A stretch of DNA of 38,691 nt from Candidatus Aminicenantaceae bacterium (GTDB lineage Bacteria > Acidobacteriota > Aminicenantia > Aminicenantales > Aminicenantaceae), in NCBI GenBank assembly GCA_049674205.1, contig JBATYS010000293.1:1-38691 (forward strand), in the 5' to 3' direction. The translations under genes and the position numbers were made by a program. The first letter of the stretch is position 1. Each line of letters starts with the position of its first letter. Under the pieces are notes generated by a model. The model did no database searches. It had not been told where the DNA came from and saw only the letters and a program-made list of their open reading frames with translations. This document shows positions 34,968 to 38,691 of this stretch, piece by piece.

Positions 34968-35621
34968 TCAAAACTCTTCAACAATAAAAGCCACATACCC
35001 TTCCTTGTTGAGCCTTCGCGTGATCGATTCGGCATCATCTCTAGCAGTAGCTTTGATCCTCACTCTGTAGAAGGTCTGTGTGGGTGTCTGGAACGCGGAC
35101 ACATAAACATCTCGAAACGTATTTTTGAGTTTTTTTTGGAGAGATCTGGCATTTTTTTTCTTTGCAAATGATCCCACCTGCACGGCGTATCCCTGTGAGG
35201 ATTTTGGCGGCGATTCATCCTCTAAAATTTCGATTTCCACGGGAATGACACCAGGGCCGACGGCGTCCAACACTTGCGCAGCAGCAAAGGAAAGGTCGAT
35301 GATCCGCCCTTCCACAAACGGGCCTCGATCGTTGATCTTAACCTTCACCGATTTTCCGCTATTCATATTCGTCACCATGACATAAGTGCCAAAAGGAAGA
35401 GATCGATGAGCTGCTGTCATGTCATACATATTGTAAATCTCTCTGCTGGAAGTGGTCTTGCCATGAAAATTTGGCCCGTACCATGATGCGAGACCTATCT
35501 GCACATTCGACGATTCTTTTTCTGGGAGGCTGGAGCACGAATACATCAGGAGTAATGGAATGAAGATTATGAGGGGTGTTTTTATCCGTAAACAATGTGC
35601 TGTCATCGGCTCAGTGTACAA
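34968..35621 (-). CDS. rlpA: Septal-ring lytic transglycosylase RlpA-family lipoprotein with a C-terminal SPOR domain
   Basis: Leader ...IIFIPLLLMYSC-SS. DPBB core GLASWYGPNFHGKTTSSREIYNMYDMTAAHRSLPFGTYVMVTN...VKINDRGPF. SPOR-like C-terminus YAVQVGSFAKKKNA...FYRVRI. The start could be ATG 35606 instead. Confidence 0.8.
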   Translation of the reverse strand: MYTEPMTAHCLRIKTPLIIFIPLLLMYSCSSLPEKESSNVQIGLASWYGPNFHGKTTSSREIYNMYDMTAAHRSLPFGTYVMVTNMNSGKSVKVKINDRGPFVEGRIIDLSFAAAQVLDAVGPGVIPVEIEILEDESPPKSSQGYAVQVGSFAKKKNARSLQKKLKNTFRDVYVSAFQTPTQTFYRVRIKATARDDAESITRRLNKEGYVAFIVEEF

Positions 35622-35651
35622 CTTTTAACTTTTTATGTTTTACCCCTTACA

Positions 35652-36383
35652 TCACAAAAGAGTTTCAAGCGTTTCTTTCAAAAATAAAAAAGTTTCTTTA
35701 GGATTTGAGCAATACTGGAAAAGATGGATATCTTCGGATGATATGGCATCGTGTTCCAAGAGTGCTTCAAAATTCACGACCTCTCTCCAATATTTTTCAC
35801 CATAAAGACAAATAGGAAGGACTTTTTTTTGCATTTTTTCTGTTTGGATTAAAGTTAGGGTCTCGAAGATCTCATCCAAAGTGCCATATCCACCCGGGAA
35901 GGCAATCACAGCTTTGGCTTGATAGACAAGCCAAAATTTCCGCATGAAAAAATAATGGAACAGGAACGAAAGTTCGGGGGAGATATATGGATTGGGGAAC
36001 TGTTCATGAGGCAAAGAGATGTTCATCCCGATAGACTTTCCGCCCGCTCGAGAAGCACCTCTGTTGGCGGCCTCCATTATGCCCGGACCTCCCCCCGTAC
36101 ATAAAACGAAATTTTTCCCCTTGGCTTTAAGTTTTATCGCCCACTTGGCCAATCGGAAAGCCAACTCCTCGGCTTCCCAATAATATTTTCCGAGAACACT
36201 GTCTTTCCTGTTTGGATCCGCTCTAGCTGAACCAAGAAACAAAACTGTGCTGTTCACTTTGAGATGTTTCATTCTCTGCAAGGGTTCTAGGTATTCACTC
36301 AAAACCCTGATAACACGTGCGTCCCTTGAATTTAAAAAATTCAGGTTTTTATACGCTTTTTCGGGGACAAAGAAATTTTCCAT
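35652..36383 (-). CDS. LOG / TIGR00730-family protein (nucleotide 5'-monophosphate nucleosidase type)
   Basis: TGGGPGIMEAANRGA and PGGYGTLDEIFE signature motifs. 243 aa. Confidence 0.8.
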   Translation of the reverse strand: MENFFVPEKAYKNLNFLNSRDARVIRVLSEYLEPLQRMKHLKVNSTVLFLGSARADPNRKDSVLGKYYWEAEELAFRLAKWAIKLKAKGKNFVLCTGGGPGIMEAANRGASRAGGKSIGMNISLPHEQFPNPYISPELSFLFHYFFMRKFWLVYQAKAVIAFPGGYGTLDEIFETLTLIQTEKMQKKVLPICLYGEKYWREVVNFEALLEHDAISSEDIHLFQYCSNPKETFLFLKETLETLL

Positions 36384-36430
36384 GAAATGCCTTCCTTTTT
36401 AGTCAATTACCCTTCATCAGATCAAAGACA

Positions 36431-37273
36431 ATGATATCACAAACGGGAATAATAATCGGAATGATTTTGATTTTGACTTCGTATATGTCCTGTGATATCT
36501 ATACAATCTTGATGAACCAGGCTATCCTCATGAGTAATGATTTTTCCAATCTTAGAGACAAAGAATATCCCGGAAGACTCATCATAATCGGAAGAGATCT
36601 GTCGGACGAAAATGTTATTATCGTGTATGCCATCACAGGAAGGTCTCCCTCCAGTCAGGCCAGAAGGATATCTCTTACGACGGAAGGAGCCTGGGTTATG
36701 CCTACTGACGAGAAGATCCTCGGAGAGGGAAACAGAGATTTGCTCATCTATCCGGCCATTCTTTTTGGGCAGGACCTAGCAGTCAGCAACGGGAAACAGA
36801 CTTTGGATATCCATAACCATCTCTCTCCTGGCTTAGATGCTAAGGATATCCTATCCAATGCTCTACATCATTGGGAATATGAGCCCGACGCTCCCTCGTT
36901 TACACCCAGGATCAGCGGATGTGTTCTTTCTGATGGGAAGGCGGCCTTAAGCATCATAAAAAGAGCCGATGACTGCTCGGCCTCAAAACACTATTTCAAA
37001 GTGCCCATGCTTCCTGGAGAAGGGAAAATGATCTCTACTTATTCTGGAGAGAACAGAGATCCTCTTCCATCTTTCCAGGGGGATCCCGAGGATGTCAGAT
37101 TGACTTATGATACAGCAAAAGAGACAGCGGAAGCTGTCTATTCAGCATTGAGACCCAAAAAACAAGCCCAGGATTTTAGGGTAGCGGTGGTGTGTGTATT
37201 TTCAAGAGAACAAACAACCGCTGATTTTAATATATCTGTGATAAACAAATCGGAGATAAAACAAAATGAGTAA
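36431..37273 (+). CDS. purO: IMP cyclohydrolase, archaeal PurO type (start uncertain: 36431, 36512 or 36530)
   Basis: YPGRLIIIGRD...VIIVYAITGRSPSSQAR is the PurO N-terminal signature. The first ~33 codons are hydrophobic and unlike PurO, so an internal ATG (36530, MSNDFSNL) is likely. Confidence 0.7.
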   Translation: MISQTGIIIGMILILTSYMSCDIYTILMNQAILMSNDFSNLRDKEYPGRLIIIGRDLSDENVIIVYAITGRSPSSQARRISLTTEGAWVMPTDEKILGEGNRDLLIYPAILFGQDLAVSNGKQTLDIHNHLSPGLDAKDILSNALHHWEYEPDAPSFTPRISGCVLSDGKAALSIIKRADDCSASKHYFKVPMLPGEGKMISTYSGENRDPLPSFQGDPEDVRLTYDTAKETAEAVYSALRPKKQAQDFRVAVVCVFSREQTTADFNISVINKSEIKQNE

Positions 37274-38345
37274 GATCGACAAAACAACCCGCGCCCAATA
37301 CAGGACTAAGGTGGCAGAACAATTCTCCGAAACCATAGCACTTGGGAACATCACATTCAGGAAGAAGATGTCGATGCGATATGGGGAGAATCCCGGATAT
37401 CCGGCAGCCTTCTACCAGGAAGAAGGTGCATCCGGACCCAATATGTCCTCTCTGAGGGTCCTCCAGGAAGGGACTAAGGGACTTGGCTATATCAATGTCG
37501 GCGATATGGACTTGGGTCAAAGGCTCATCAAAAAACTCACCGATATATACCCCGGAAAGAATATCTGTGCCCTTATCAAGCATGAGATGCCCAGTGGAGT
37601 CGCCATGGAGGGAGACACTGCTGATGTTTTCGGGAAAGCTTGGAATAGCGACCCTCTGTCGAACTTTGGCAGTGTCGATGTATTCAATACCACTCTCGAT
37701 AAGGACACGGCATTAAAGATCGTCGAGAAGGGGAGGAATGTTGAGGTTGTGTATGCTCCCGGTTTTTCGCAGGAAGCACTCGAGGTCTTATCTACAAGGA
37801 AGGTGCTGCGGGTTGTGAAAATGGGAGATACGCTCGAGACTTCTTCAAAGGATCATAAGATCGAATTCAAGCGAGTCGCTGGAGGCCTCCTGATCCAGGA
37901 GCGTTTCGACTCGAGGATCGTTTCCCCTGATTCTGTGGATGTTGTTTCAGAGAGAAAAGCGAGCATTGAGGAATTGGAGGCAGCCATCTTCAATTGGACA
38001 GTGGCTTGTTTTACACGCTCCAACGCTGTCGTGATCGGGACTCGAGACAAAGTCCATGGAATTGGATCGGGTCAAAGAAGCCGGATCGATGCGGCTGAAG
38101 ATGCCATTCGGTTTTCCCATAGGGGGTATGGCTCCAAAGGGTGTGTTATGGCTTCGGATGCTTTTATGCCTTTTCCGGATGTTGTTGAACTGGCAGCAAA
38201 GAATGGCATTACCGCAATAATCTACCCTTTGGGTTCGATCAGAGATCTTGATGTTATCGAGAGTGCAAATACCCATAATATCGCTATGATCGCCACAAAA
38301 AAACCTGACGAACAAGAGAGCGAACGCTGCTTCCTCCACCGATAA
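37266..38345 (+). CDS. purH: AICAR transformylase (PurH C-terminal AICARFT domain only; no MGS-like IMP cyclohydrolase domain)
   Basis: Starts ~35 aa before the RYGENPGYPAAFY motif that opens the AICARFT domain. IKHEMPSGVA, GGLLIQE, GIGSGQRSRIDA, ASDAFMPFPD and C-terminal ERCFLHR. 8-nt overlap with purO. Confidence 0.8.
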   Translation: MSKIDKTTRAQYRTKVAEQFSETIALGNITFRKKMSMRYGENPGYPAAFYQEEGASGPNMSSLRVLQEGTKGLGYINVGDMDLGQRLIKKLTDIYPGKNICALIKHEMPSGVAMEGDTADVFGKAWNSDPLSNFGSVDVFNTTLDKDTALKIVEKGRNVEVVYAPGFSQEALEVLSTRKVLRVVKMGDTLETSSKDHKIEFKRVAGGLLIQERFDSRIVSPDSVDVVSERKASIEELEAAIFNWTVACFTRSNAVVIGTRDKVHGIGSGQRSRIDAAEDAIRFSHRGYGSKGCVMASDAFMPFPDVVELAAKNGITAIIYPLGSIRDLDVIESANTHNIAMIATKKPDEQESERCFLHR

Positions 38346-38420
38346 TTCGGATCGATCCACTTCCTCTTATCTTGGGTTCTTTCCTCAACAGATAGATCGG
38401 GAAACGATCTTAATCTTTTT

Positions 38421-38548
38421 TATCTATTCACGAGATGAGGTTATTGTAGATTCGAGGTGTCAGCCCATGAAATTGGGTCTGAAATCATATCAGGAAAGAG
38501 TTTGTACTTTGAAATAAAATGATTTTATCGGTTGTTTTTTAGAATAGA
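38421..38548 (+). repeat. Possible degenerate, internally deleted MITE copy F
   Basis: tctattcacgag...cgaggtgtcagcccatgaaattgggtctgaaatc resembles the left TIR plus core (attattcacgag...cgaggcagtggcccatgaag...gggct...gtgaaatc) with the apical hairpin deleted. There is a 7-bp inverted match, tctattc / gaataga, at the ends. Weak. Confidence 0.3.
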
Positions 38549-38576
38549 GTTGACATGAGGTTATATAGGTTTATAA
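38549..38576 (+). promoter_or_regulatory. Near-consensus sigma70 promoter (TTGACA, 16 nt spacer, TATAAT)
   Basis: TTGACA at 38549-38554, 16-nt spacer, TATAAT at 38571-38576. Lies about 80 nt upstream of an AGGAG + ATG (38656). Confidence 0.5.
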
Positions 38577-38655
38577 TTACATTTTTAAGATCATATTTCA
38601 CATTTTTTGGTGACGTTGTTTTTTTTCTAAGACAATGCCAAAAAAAGGAGCAATA

Positions 38656-38691
38656 ATGAAAGAAGTCACTGTGGAAGAGTTGTTGGCCAAG
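38656..38691 (+). CDS. Start of an unidentified CDS (MKEVTVEELLAK...), runs off the window
   Basis: AGGAG (38646-38650) lies 5 nt before ATG 38656. Only 12 codons are visible. Confidence 0.3.
   Translation, partial: MKEVTVEELLAK

Noticed and set aside
38349-38358. Perfect 10-bp palindrome ggatcgatcc right after the purH stop, considered as a terminator
   Set aside because: It has no loop and no following T-run, so it cannot form a typical intrinsic terminator hairpin. It is more likely a chance palindrome built on GATC/ATCGAT sites.

Overview
38.7-kb stretch of a bacterial chromosome. Tat and Sec/lipoprotein-type leaders and an RlpA-SPOR protein suggest a diderm, and the sequence looks AT-leaning by eye. 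I support about 36 protein-coding genes. They are tightly packed and many are joined by ATGA/TGATG start-stop overlaps. I saw no rRNA, tRNA or CRISPR array.

Gene content, left to right:
- ahcY (5'-truncated by the window).
- A long minus-strand housekeeping operon: asnS, rimO, pgpA, cinA, thpR, plsY, gpsA, then a TPR protein.
- A corrinoid protein plus a DUF4416-like gene.
- A cysteine desulfurase, serA and a class-V aminotransferase, then an M20 peptidase.
- A membrane-anchored reductive-dehalogenase-like protein.
- A Tat-exported PLP enzyme, a kynureninase-like enzyme and a radical-SAM gene remnant.
- A secreted (alpha/alpha)6 glycoside hydrolase; a sigma-less partner-switching module (pseudo-receiver-PP2C, RsbW-like kinase, STAS protein); and a mannosylglycerate-synthase-like glycosyltransferase.
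- comA, an HprK-like P-loop protein and a UbiE-like methyltransferase.
- Three tandem secreted amidohydrolase paralogs plus a D-aminoacylase.
- rlpA, a LOG-family protein, and archaeal-type purO translationally coupled to an AICARFT-only purH.

The most unusual signal is not a protein. It is a dispersed family of 227-284 bp elements bounded by terminal inverted repeats (TIRs): 4 full copies, 1 truncated, 1 degenerate. They are non-coding, and their conserved core shows compensatory base changes and strand-specific G:U pairs, which suggests a structured RNA. In all four full copies the hairpin-bearing end abuts the stop codon of a convergent gene.

Secondary candidates:
- The amidohydrolase trio, in which only the middle gene keeps the catalytic metal ligands.
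- The partner-switching module wedged between a glycoside hydrolase and a glycosyl-glycerate-type synthase.

All calls rest on reading the sequence and on remembered family motifs. No database search was run.
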